Of a DNA stretch of 64,000 nt, positions 51,558 to 64,000 are shown piece by piece. Within the stretch, counting starts at the first letter, position 1; each line of letters opens with the position of its first letter. Position numbers and translations under genes: made by a program. The DNA is taken from assembly GCA_905331295.1 (NCBI GenBank), contig CAJNYD010000020.1:62001-126000 (forward strand). Reading direction: 5' to 3'. Origin of the DNA: Rotaria socialis. Its lineage: Eukaryota. Under the pieces are notes generated by a model. The model ran no database searches, had not been told where the DNA came from, and saw nothing but the letters and a program-made list of their open reading frames with translations.

Positions 51558-54500
51558 ATGGAATACTCTTGGCTTTTATCATTGATTTCATTATTTATTC
51601 CAATAAATTTTTCATCGACTCAATTTAGTGCCTATGATCTAAAACCTATGCCATTTAGTATCTATAATACAGGCGGAAATGCAAACAATCTTATTACAAA
51701 TAGTAAGATTTTCTAATCATTTTTTTTCGTATACCTTTCGTCTTTTTCTCAATGCAACAAAATAAGAAGTAGCACTACTTAGAAAAATAAATCACCTATA
51801 GAACTTATCTAGAACTATTCATTAGTCATTTTCTTTTTATCAACAAATCTTTACGTCTTCAATAGAAAATTACTATCTCAAACGATTTTGATTAATGAAA
51901 ATCTACCTGACATTTTTCATGTAAAGGTTACATATATATATATATATATCTTTAAAATCGATACCACTCATAATTATCTTTGTTTTTCATTCATATTATG
52001 TTGAAATAAAAACAGGCAATAGATGAATTCACTAATTTCTCTTGCGTAATTTCGTTTTAATATGAATTCAATCATATTGAATTGATTGTAAGTTCATTTT
52101 AAGCGTTGATAGCAATTTTAGTTTTTGAGAATATGTTCAAATGTAATTATATTAAATCGAACAAAAATAGATTTCTTTTCAGTTTTTTCAAATATTAAGG
52201 AAAACAAATTTGTTTTTCATTTTATTTCTTTTTTTTCATAAAATAATAGTTCGCTGGTGTTGTGTAAATGAACGTGAAAGTACAAAATGTTTAGCATGGT
52301 CCAATGCATTGTTATCATCAAATATAACAACATCATCGTTAGCTTGTATACCTGGATCAGATAAATTTGATTGTTATAGAAAAATTTTCAATGATGAAGC
52401 TGATTTAATGGCAGCTGATTCAGGAGAAATTTATACAGCTGGAAGATATTATAATCTTGTACCAATTGCAAATGAACTTTATTCACCGATGTTTAATGGT
52501 AGTGCCGAAGAATTTTTTTTGTCTCTTTTATTTTCTTGTTAATTAAAAAAAAATCTAGGTCCATCAGCAAATACATATTATTCGGTTGCTGTTGTTCGTA
52601 GTGGTTCATCAATAAATTTAGATAATTTACAAGGTGCTCGTTCTTGCCATTCATCAGTTGGCTCATCATCTGGATGGAATCAACCCATAGATCAATTATT
52701 ACGTGATCGTCGTTTAAATATAATTGATTGTAATAATCATGTTAAATCAGCAGCATTATTATTTGGTTCAATGTGTGCGCCTGATGCATTGAATAGACAA
52801 TTTAATCCAACTGGTGATAATCCATCAACTGTTTGTGATCTTTGTCAAGGTACAAATGGAAATACATTTTGTACGAATCAAGATCCATATGCAGGCAATA
52901 TTGGTGCTTTAGTTTGTTTATTAAATCAAGGTGATATTGCTTTTGTAAGACACACTGCTCTTATTGAAAAAGCACGTGATCCAAAATTTCCAATTGATCA
53001 ACTTCAATTATTATGTACAAATGGACAACGTTCTCCATGGCAACAATTTCAATCATGTAATTGGGTAAGTTTTCAATTGTTTTTTTCTTTCTTCATATAA
53101 ATAAATAATCGAATTTCATTTAATAAAGGGAATAGCTCCTGCATCAGCAATTCTTGTATCGCATCGTCGCCCAAAACAATTGCGAGATATTTATCGAAAA
53201 GTTTTAATTGAATCAGCAAGCTTTTTTTCATTACAAAATCCATCATTTCAATTATTTAATTCTCATCGTTTTCAATCAAATGATTTACTCTTTTCGGATG
53301 CAACAGTTGATTTTAATTTACTTGATGATCGTACATCGTATTCAAATTATCTTGGTAGGATTACTTGAGTTTTTCTTTTAGTTTGTCACATCTGTTACTA
53401 ATCGATTTTAAATAAACTAGAGAAGAAGAAGAAAGCAAAACATTCTATTTTTCTATCTTCTTTATACTAAAATTTTTCTTCTCGTGAAAAAAAAAGAATA
53501 AACTGAGTATTGATCTAAAGAAATATTAACATCGATTGAAGTTGAGAATAAGATATAGAAATAATTTAATCATGAATATTTTTATCATTTATAAGAATAT
53601 AAAAAACTTCTGCTTTTTTCTTTAATTAATTAATTTATATGTTTCTATTGAATTAGATAAAATATTAATGAAATCATTCCTTAGTCTGATTATTTACACA
53701 TTGAAATACGAAAAATATCCTTTGAGAAAGATTAAAAATTCGTTTAAAAATAAAAATAAAGCGAACAAACTGATAGATTTTTTCATGATTAACTAGAAAT
53801 TATTTGAATTTAATTAAATAATTAAGGGATTAGTGCGATGAATTTCTTTTTCAAATAATCTTTCGGTATTTTATCAATCAAATTATTTATATATTTAATA
53901 GGAAGTGAATATTTATCAATGTTAACTCGCTTATATAATTGTCCATTACGTTTGTTACGTTGGTGTGTTATATCAACTTATGAAAAAGAAAAATGCCGTT
54001 TAATGAAAAATGCATTTGCACGTAAAAATATAAAACCAGATCTTGATTGTGTATCAGCTAAAAATGCAATGGAATGTATGTCGAAAATTTATCAAGGTAT
54101 AGCTGATATAATAACAGTTGATGCAGCTGATGCATATCGTGCTCAGCGTTATTATCAATTAGTTCCATTAGCTGCTGAAGATTATGGTGTTGATATGGAA
54201 TCAAATGTAATGTATGCTGTTGCCGTTGCCAAACGAACCGATTTAACAAGTAACTTATGGAACTTACGTGGAAAAACAATTTGCTCAACTGCTATGGGTG
54301 ATCTTGCTGGTTGGCATGTACCTATTGATTATTTAAGTGCTATTAAAGAAGCATATGTTACTAATTGCCACATTAATAAAGTTATCGGTTTGTACTTTTA
54401 TTTTATTTGTTTATTTAGATTAAAAATAATTTTCAAACTGAATTAATATTAATTTTAGGTGAATATTTTGGTCAAAGTTGTGTTCCAGGTTCTCTTGATT

Positions 54501-55325
54501 ATGATTATAATCGTTTAAAAACAAATCCACGTGCATTATGTTTAAAATGTTATTCGAAAGGATCTGATTATTGTTCACGTTCACATCGAGAAATGTTCTT
54601 TGGAAGTTCTGGAGCATTTCGTTGTTTAACTGAAGGTAACCATTTCGTTTTTCTTTATTAATTTCAATTTTATTTTAAATAATAAATGGATCATTTCAAA
54701 TAGGAACTGGTGGTCATGTTGCATTTGTAATGCATACAGCAGTTATATCGAATACAGATGGACGAAATATTGATCAATGGGCTCGACCATTACGTGCAAT
54801 TGATTTTGAATTATTATGTAAAAACGGAACACGAAAAACAATTGAAGCTTATAAAAGTTGTCATCTACTTCGAGTTCCAGCAAGAGTTTTGATGACATCA
54901 AGTTAGATTTATTTCTGTTTATTTTTCTTTTTTTTCAAACTTAAATATTTTTCATATAGATTTATTACCAGATCTCGAAAGAAGTTATATATGGAATATG
55001 CTCAATTTTGCTCAACAATTATTTGGATCTGATACGTATGAGACTTTTCTTATTATTGAAAAAAGCAGATAAATAATTTGTTTCATTCGTTTGTTTTAGA
55101 AATAAAGAATTTACGATGTTTGATTCATTTTATGAACATCCTGATTTACTATTTCTTGATGCAACAGTTCAATTAACACGTTTAACAACAAGTCTTGATG
55201 ATTATCTTGGTCAAGATGTCATACAATTATTGATTCGTACTGATCCAAGAATGTGTAATTTAGCTTCAATTCAATTTATTTCGTATTCATGTTTTTTTCT
55301 TATTCAATTTTTTTATATTTTATAA
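51558..55325 (+). CDS. Bilobal transferrin-family protein, melanotransferrin-like (signal peptide, GPI-type tail)
   Basis: VRWCCVNERESTKC, YYSVAVVR, SCHSSVGSSSGW, CDLCQG, GDIAFVRH; second lobe LRWCVISTYEKEKC, YAVAVAK, SGAFRCLTEG, FELLCKNG; hydrophobic C-terminus. Confidence 0.92.
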
Positions 55326-55988
55326 TTCAACTTTGATGAATCTCTTGTAAAAAAAGAATCTAAACATGTAAACATTCCATTTGTTTCTTTTTTATTTCGA
55401 TTTCGATAAAAATTAAAATTCCTTCTTGTTTTTTCTTACTATGTGTATATTAGGATTTAATTGTCTTTTTTTTTCTTTTCTCTTGTATACTTTCGATTAT
55501 TTCTATCGAGAAGTTCGTTTCTTTTTTAATTCTTTGAACTATTGTTCGTTTTTTTGCTCGAAGATAAAAAAAAATACATTTGATATTAATTTAGAAATCA
55601 CTTTTATGGCATTGATAGAATTTATTTCTATTATAGATAATATAGAAAAAAAAACTAGAATAATAAACGAATATCAATCAGATTAAGGTAAACAAAAATT
55701 CTTTTTAAATCTTCAGATGAAAAAATTAAAAATAAGGATGACAATCTTAATTTCTCTTGTTAGAAAAGTTAAAACCATCAAAGAATTCTGTGCTCATTGT
55801 ATAAAAATAAAATTCCATAAGGATAATAGAAATAATTGTACATAAATCTAACTTATTATTTATTCTTTAATATTATCTATTTTTGTTTAATAGTTTAAAT
55901 TAAATTCATTATTTTATTTAACTTGAGTTTTTTTTAATCGAGTTTGACTAAAATCCATTCAACTGTCAATCTTATAGACATGATTGAT

Positions 55989-56201
<213 letters not shown>

Positions 56202-57170
56202 TGATTGATTTTAAAATATTCTTAATTATTTTTATTGTAGTAAGAAAAAAAATCTTTTGCTTTTAACTGAATATTTATTTTATTTGGTTCTGTTTTATTT
56301 AAACAATAAAAATTGTTTTATTTATTACGAAAAAAAAGGTTCTATTCGAAAGTATTTTTATGATTAAAAAACACATAATTTAATTATTCTATTAGTTAGA
56401 TTTGTTTGAATTGAATGTTATTTAATAAAAAATGCTATCTTTCTTTTTTAAATTGAGATTAAAATAATATTTCATTTTTTTGTACGTTTTTCTATCTGGA
56501 TGATGAGACAAAACATGATCGCAAAAACTAGCTTTCAAAGAGAAGTCTCTCATGTTATTCTATCTGATTTTCTAGTGTCTTAAATAACAATTAGTGAAAT
56601 AAATTATTCATCATCGGTCAATATGTATAAATTTTGAAGTTTGATTCAATTAAAAAAATAATGATTTTATTTATTTAAAAGAATTTTTATCGATATGAAA
56701 TGAATTAAGAATAATAATTAAAGAAAATATGAGAAAAATAAATAAATTGTTTGATTAAATTTTGTATTTTAGATGTCTCAGCAGACAAAAAATAAAAATA
56801 TTCTTCGAAATAATCATGAATCTATTTACATATAAATTAAATGTATGTATTAAAAGTACAAATATCATAAATGAAGAAAAAAAAGTGGGTTAGTTATGTA
56901 CAATTAATACAACATATTAATTAAATATTTTCATTTTGATCGATTTCAAGCTCACGACTGAACAGATTAATCAATTTTTTTCTTTTTGTAATCAATCTTC
57001 AATTTGCTTTTATGAAGCGAACTTAATAGCGTTTTTTGAAATTTTTCTTTTTTTTCTTTTTAAATAGATTGAATGATTATTCGATAAATGAAAACTAAAC
57101 GCATTCTAAAAAATTCATCATTTATTTTAGTTTTTTTTAGATAAAGAAATAATTGATCTTGATCTTAATT

Positions 57171-57854
57171 TTAATTTTGAGTTTTTTTAATACATGGTGG
57201 AAACTTTGGAAATGCTTTACATAAATGCTCTTGAAATGAATGACAATCAAGTTGTTCAGGTTTCGTTGGTGCTGCTGTAGGTTTCTTTTTAGAACATGAT
57301 GAATATGTATTTTTAAGGTTAGTCAATAATTCTTGACATTTTTTTTCTTTTCCATTACGAATACAATATTCACCACGTACACGTAATTCTTCAGGATCAA
57401 TTGGAACTTTAACAAATTCTTCTTTTGTTATTGTTTCAGTTTTTTCAGTTTTGGTTGTTGCTGCTGCTGCTGTTGTTGTTGCTGTTATTGTTGTTTTTGT
57501 TTTTACCCCTATAGCAGTAGCTATTGCTGCTTTTTTTGTTGTCTTTATTAATTTAGATATGGTTATTGTTTGTTGTGTTGTTGAAAGTATTTTTTTTGTT
57601 GATGATTGACTACAAGATAATGGAAAAATAGCACAAACTTTTAATTTAATTTGTTGGCAAATAACAACTTGTTCTTGTGTCTTGATTTTTTGGCATTTCT
57701 TAAGTAATTCAGAAAATTTTAATGCAAGCTGTACGCAGTCGGAATTTGTTGGAGTTCGTTGACATTTTTCCCGAAGTAGACCATATTTTTCAAATTCATC
57801 ACTGGTACTTATGCCCAATGCGATAAGTAACAATATGAAACCAAGTAAACGCAT
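57171..57854 (-). CDS. Secreted protein with two six-cysteine modules separated by a Thr/Lys/Ala-rich linker, intronless
   Basis: Signal peptide MRLLGFILLLIALGISTS; Cys spacing C8C13C11C7C6C and C8C13C16C7C8C. Confidence 0.85.
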   Translation of the reverse strand: MRLLGFILLLIALGISTSDEFEKYGLLREKCQRTPTNSDCVQLALKFSELLKKCQKIKTQEQVVICQQIKLKVCAIFPLSCSQSSTKKILSTTQQTITISKLIKTTKKAAIATAIGVKTKTTITATTTAAAATTKTEKTETITKEEFVKVPIDPEELRVRGEYCIRNGKEKKCQELLTNLKNTYSSCSKKKPTAAPTKPEQLDCHSFQEHLCKAFPKFPPCIKKTQN

Positions 57855-58243
57855 TGTATTAAATAAATGAGAGTAATCGTTTGATTCTCGTCAGTTTTTA
57901 TCTCTATCAACACTTAATAAATCGATAGAACTCTTATCTAATCATTCTCAATTTAAAGTGAAAATGAAGAAATATGATTCCATACAGAACAACAAAGAAA
58001 TAATAGAGAATGACATTGAAAGAATATCACTAAGTACATCTTTTTTAGTTCTGTTTTTTTTATTAAACAAGATAAATTAACTTATTTTAGTTAATCATAG
58101 AATTTTTTTATTCTATAATAAATAATTTCAGATAGTATCCACTTGATGATGCTTTCAATAATTCGGTATGAATATCAGTTTATAAATATTAATTATAACT
58201 ATTGATGAATAAAAAATATTGCTATTAAATAATTCAATTAACA

Positions 58244-60465
58244 ATGAAAAAAGAGAATACAAATAGTAAAAATGAATTACATTCGAATCGTTCACTTTAT
58301 ATTCCAAAACGTATTATTGTTGCTTTATTAACATCATTTGGTTTACTTGTTTCAACTTTTATTCAAACAAATTTTGCAATAACAAACTCATTAATTTTAA
58401 ATCCACATGATTCAAAAGATATTCCTATTGATGATGATGATCAATTAGCAACGAAGGTTTTTATAGTGAAAATTAGAGACAAAAATGAATTATTAATTAT
58501 TTAAAAATTTTTGTTTTAGACTCCAAAAGTAAATTGGACATCAGTTGAATTAGGATATCTTAATTCGATATTTTATCTTGGATATTTATTAGCACACATT
58601 CCATCGGGTTTTCTTGTTCATAAATTATCAGCAATAAAGTAAATTTTATTTATTTTATAAATTTTTTATATTTTTCTCTTATTAATATTTATTAATTTAG
58701 AATATTTTTATTTCCATTATTATTATTATTAATATTAAATTTATTTATGCCTCTATCAATAAGTGTAATAACATCAACATACAAATTGAATTATTATATA
58801 ACAGGTTTTGTTCGATTAATTCAAGGACTTTGTGCAGTAAACGTTTTTTTTGCTTTTTTAAATTGCTTTTATTTAATTAAAATTAATGAAAATTAGGGTT
58901 GTGCTTTTCCAGCATCACATGGTATTCTTGCTAATTGGTGTCCACCCAGTGAACGTGGAAGAATGGGTGGTTTTATTTATACAGGTAGATTATTAATAAA
59001 ACTAAATACAATTTTGATCTATTTTTAATCGTTAAGGTCTTTATGCGGGACCAGTCGTTGGATTTTTCTTCGGTGGATTTATAGCTAAATATGCAGGACA
59101 TTATTCAATTTATTATGCATCAGGTATATATATATATATATTTATAAAGAGTATAAAGAATATATTTATTTTTTTATAATTTGTTGGTCCTTCTTATTCT
59201 AAGGGATGGAAATGATTTAAAAATTGTTTTCTAGTTATATTCATAATTACATGAATTGAATATAATTATATACATATAATAATCGGGTGGGTTGAATATG
59301 CTTGTTGTTTAGTCTTGATACTAATTGCGTAACTGATTGTGCTTTCTTTAAATAAAGCTTTTTATAAATAGAAAAAAAATAATTTATTTAAACGAAAAAA
59401 TAATTTAATATTTTTAGCTATTCTTGGCTTAATATGGTCTTTAGCATTTGTTTTTCTTGTCTATGAAAAACCGAGTGAACATCCAACAATATCTGAAGAA
59501 GAACTTATTTATATTGAAAAAAGTATAGCTGCTGTTCAATCATTATATGATAAAAAAGAAACACGTTCAATGGATAAAGTTCCATGGAAAGCAATATTAA
59601 TATCATTACCTGTTTGGGCCATTTGCTTAGCACATTTTGCACGTGGTTGGACATTTTATTTATTATTAACAAATCAACCAGCTTTTTTAAATGCATTTGG
59701 TTTTGGTGTTACAGAAAATGGGACGCTTGGCTCAGTACCACATATTATGACAGTTATTGTAGCTTTATCAAGTGGATTTATTGCCGATAATATGCGTTTA
59801 AATTTATTATGGTCAACAGCAAATGTTAGAAAAATCATGACTTGTACAGGTATCAAATTTTCTTTTTTTCTTTTTTAATATACGTATAGTTTCTTGTTTG
59901 TTTTTGGCGATGAATAGGATATATAATAGAAGGTACATGTCTTATTATAATGTGTCAGGTAACAAACCCATATATTGGAATAGCATTGCTTTCTATTGGT
60001 GTTGGTTCAAGTGGTTTAATGGTATCTGGATGGCATCTAAATCATCAAGATTTAGCTCCACGATATGCATCAGTTTTAGCTGGTTTCACTGCAGTTATTG
60101 GTACATCGGCTGGAATAATTAGTCCTATCGTTGCTGGAATTCTTACTAAAGAACAGGTTTAGATTTATTAATTGAAAATTAACCTTTTTTTCTAATTGCT
60201 TCAATTTTAGGATTTAATCGGATGGCGTCGTGTATTTACGATTACTTCTCTTGTTCTTTTTGTAGCTTCTTTATTCTATATGATATTTGCATCGGGTGAA
60301 TTACAATCATGGGCAACACAAACTCAATCTGAACAAAAAATAAGATTGAATTCAGAGAAATTACCACCTTCACTTGGTTCATTTCAATATAATGTTCAAG
60401 AAGGAAGTTATTCTAGAAACCAAGATAAAAATAATCAACAATCAGTTATTAATGGCAACCATTAA
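58244..60465 (+). CDS. SLC17 (sialin / vesicular glutamate transporter-like) MFS anion transporter, multi-exon
   Basis: IPKRIIVALLTSFG, FYLGYLLAHIPSG, NWCPPSERGR, PSEHPTISEEE, VPWKAILISLPVWAI, WTFYLLLTNQP, NHQDLAPRYASVL, IFASGELQSWA. Confidence 0.9.
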
Positions 60466-61120
60466 TCAGTTTTTCAACCGGTAATTTGGTGAAATTTTTC
60501 GGGCGTTTTTCTCTTTCATTTGTATTTATTTGTACTTACATATATCGAGGAGGCTTTCATGTTTATTTTTCGAACTTTTATGCGGTGACAGATCGAATAT
60601 TATAATTTGTTTTATTTATTTATTTATAAAATTTACGGGAATTTTATTCGAATTATATTTTAATAAATGGCTCTACAATAAAAAACACAGTTTTAAAATA
60701 TTTTCTTTCTATCAAACTGATTATCTAAATCCAAATAATTACAGAGTCAATAAAATCGATAGAATTCAATCAAAGCACAGGGATGTATAAGATACCCTAT
60801 TGGTCCATTTCGATTTTTGCAACTGAACACAGTCAAATTATATATGAAATTAAAGCTGCCGTTGAGACAAGCATTTTGATACTAAATCCGTCGCGAAAAA
60901 ATGAATTTCAAAAAAGTTATGAACACTAATAAAAGTTGACTATTTGGCTGTTTCTCATGAAAAGAGTCTCCCATTTTCGGCACAAATATATCACAATAGA
61001 ACTGTTTTCATACTGACCAGTCGATAGACATTTTGAAGCTGTACAAAATAGGATGATTAGAAAAGTAAAAAAAACATTGGCCACTTAAAGATTGCTTCGG
61101 CATTTACTTTTTTGACTGAT

Positions 61121-61617
61121 GATTTTGTCGTTTTTTCCTACTCTCTATTGGATTATAGCCTGAAAGACTATACTTGTTGTAAAAAATTATGTTATATTTG
61201 GAATCAGCATCCAAACCTCAGTGGGTTTCACTGCATTTCAAAGTTTGTTGAGTAGTTAAACTTCAGTCGAAAAAATTCCCTGCATTGCCCTCAAGGTTGG
61301 GTGAAAACAATAATTTCACTAGAATCCCTTCGTTTTCTTTTAGCGTTGTGCTATTTCGAGTTCTAATATCACTTTATAGGTTTAGAACTTCATTACTATG
61401 GTCGAAACCGTGTTTTAATGAAATTAATATTTTCACCCAGCCTTGAGGGAGAGTACAGGGAATTTTTTCGACTAAAATTTAATTACTTGAAAAGATTTGA
61501 AATCCAGTTAAATCCACTCAAGTTTGGATGCTGATTCCGAATATAGCATAATTGTTTACAACAACTAAAGTCTTTCTGGCGCTAATCCAGTAGAGAGTAG
61601 GAAAAAACGACAAAATC
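61121..61617. repeat. Long inverted repeat (foldback/MITE), ~200-bp arms
   Basis: GATTTTGTCGTTTTTTCCTACTCTCTA at 61121 is the reverse complement of TAGAGAGTAGGAAAAAACGACAAAATC ending at 61617; similarity continues inward to about 61325/61412. Confidence 0.85.
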
Positions 61618-62182
61618 TGCTGTGTGTTATGCAAGATAATATTACCTTTACGGAAATGATGAATCGATGAAAAATTAATTTTATCCCGTTTTGCTTCACT
61701 ATATATATTGAACTCCTTTTACTCTCTATTACACGTGGTGGATTTTCAAAAGTTAGTGAATTTTAGCAGATGTCAACACTATTGACTCAATACTGTACTG
61801 TGCAAACAAGTGAATTCATGACTAAAACAGTACTTGCGAATAAGACATCATTTTTCCGGCGAAAGTTATTATATATTCTTGTTCATCATTTTAATTACAA
61901 ATGTTCTTTCTTTCAAGCACAATGAAACTGAGTACAGAGAGTAAAGGGGCTAACGGGATTATAGAGAGTGCAATATAGATATGTGTAGATAAGTAAACAG
62001 GGTAGAATAAATTTCTCGTGAGCCTATATCTATTTGGCTTAGTGGTATGCTTTAGAAGTTTAAGAAAATATTCACGGTATTAGTTATCGATAGAAATAAT
62101 TGCCTATGCAAGAAAATATTATCCCTATGAAAATACTTTAGTTTTTCTCGTCTACCAAGTCACTGGTTGTTTCAACTTCCAA

Positions 62183-62729
62183 TACCCTATTCCAATAAAA
62201 GGAATTATAATTTCAAAAGAATTGTAAATACAAATTTCAATCTAAATTATGGATGAATTTGGTAAATATGTGTTGATTCTATGCAGTAAAATTGAAGTAA
62301 ATCAAAAATGATGCCCGTTTTATAATTCTAATGACAGATTTTTTATTTTCAAAGTCTATCGGTAGACATATTAGTAAATCTATTCCGTTATCATATTTAT
62401 TTGAGATTTGTTCATGATGTTTTGGAATCAAACCGACCCCATCTCTTTTAGAATATAATGTCAGTTTTAGCAACTAACTCAAGGTTCACAGTACTCCAGT
62501 CGGCTTTACTTTGATTAAACTTCACGCGTGAACATCATCTTCCAGAAACAATATTTATTCAGTCTAAAACTTCAATTCGGATTTATGAAAAACTAATTGT
62601 AGATTCAGTTTCACTGATCTTGATTACCTTTGATCAAATTTTTGAGAAATAATTTTGTTGTAACAATACTTCAAACTGTATATATGTTTTTAAAAGTTGA
62701 TCTCGAATTCAGATTCCTCAATAGGGGTA
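62183..62729. mobile_element. Possible degenerate MITE with short TIRs
   Basis: TACCCTATT ... AATAGGGGTA ends; the same TACCCTATT start occurs at 60793. Short match only. Confidence 0.3.
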
Positions 62730-63222
62730 TGGCAGTTCAGTTTTAGTTCAGATCCTTAGAATTGTTCAGACAGTTCCTTAGATCTGATCTGAACTTAGAT
62801 CTGAGAACTGTTACACCTCCATTCCTCAACCCCACTTACGTTAACTCGAACTTTTTTAATCATATTCACTGATTGTGGACACGTGACTGTAGACGTCCTT
62901 GAAAAAATACACTCAAACAAACTCCTCGTAATTCATATATGACTTTCCTTTCATTCAAGGGAACAATCTTGAAAAAAAAGAGCTACTTTCAAGTAGACTT
63001 TAAACAAAGTAAATTAGATGTTCTTAAATCTAAAATCAGTACCAAATAAATGTATAATCTTTCATTTTATTTTAGTAAGATAATTATTATTCACTCTTAG
63101 TGGTATCATTTAATGGAAGTTCATATGAAGGAATATGTTTTTTTATTATTTCGTTCAGCGAATTTAATTTTGACGTTCAGACATCAACAATTAATATGAG
63201 AAAAGATAACGAAAGTATAACT

Positions 63223-64000
63223 TTAACAGAGGAGGTTCCACGGCGCCGTATTAAAGTAAAGATGCATAGCTGTGAATCCACCGATATCATCGAAAAACTT
63301 TTTCAGACAGTTCGGTACGATTCTCATAAAGCTCTAAAAAAAAGCATAAGAAACGTAAATAAGAGCTTTGGTAAAATAGTTATAGATGTGATACTAACAG
63401 AAACTGCTGCGTAAGGAACAGGTTCTGTTCGTTGTGTATATTCATATTTGCCGGCAAGACCCCATCCAAACCCTGTCAATTTACTCTTATTGTACAGAAG
63501 AAATACGGGAAATATTTCGTCACATTCCTTGTCGAGTCGATTATCGTACCAATAGTGAGCACCTAAACAACAATGTTTGAAAATAGTGGGGAATTTTTAA
63601 TTACTCTGTAGAATTTACCCATCGATGGAAAACATGAGCCTTTCACCCATTTCGTCGTATTGACCGTATTTTCATATAATGGTGCTTGAACAGAATCACG
63701 AATAGGATCAGATCCTTGTTGTAGCCAAAGGCCAGTACCTGAAACTTCCGATTTAAGACGAGCTACGTCTCGACCCGCTGTACAAATGTTACGCGGATCA
63801 ACAAAGTAGGCTGTCAACACGTAGGCATCGATACCTGCAACTGTAGCTCGATTGAACATTTTTTGTGTGTCAAATTTATAAAATTGTTTTTTTGCTATGC
63901 TGGTCGGTAACTTCAAAGCAAATTTAAAGTCATAGAAACATTATGAAAACAACTCACTGCTAATTGTATTCCGGCAATGCTACCCTGTATATCGTAGATC
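63223..64000 (-). CDS. Uncharacterised conserved-looking invertebrate protein (5' part outside the window)
   Basis: Exons 63958-64000, 63619-63911, 63399-63562 and 63223-63333 splice in frame: IYDIQGSIAGIQ, LTAYFVDPRNIC, GLWLQQG, WVKGSCFPSMGAHYWY, PVFLLYN..LTGFGW, TAMHLYF. Confidence 0.8.

Overview
AT-rich eukaryotic (animal) DNA with many short ~50-60 nt GT-AG introns. The intron style, the WWE-ART and ART gene families and the intronless microbial-looking genes suggest a bdelloid rotifer; this taxon call is an inference. Metazoan housekeeping genes are a DH-PH RhoGEF-like gene, RPSA, PITP, DCAKD, a single-Ig protein, an ATP8A flippase, TRABD, NEDD1, a melanotransferrin-like gene and an SLC17 transporter. 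A ~31.7-43 kb accessory block interrupts them. It holds an intronless BCP-type peroxiredoxin (HGT candidate), a ~1 kb MITE, a plectasin-like CS-alpha/beta defensin whose mature peptide is missed by the ORF track (1-nt frameshift), a solo LTR with 5-bp TSD, a dead ADP-ribosyltransferase gene head-to-head with an intact WWE-ART gene, and decayed sequence with a foldback. Other highlights: a pair of mutually exclusive exons in the flippase, a transferrin lacking most iron ligands, a secreted protein with a duplicated six-Cys module I do not recognise, an intronless secreted flavin amine oxidase (HGT candidate), and a tightly spaced NEDD1-TRABD pair. All calls were made by eye, with no database searches.
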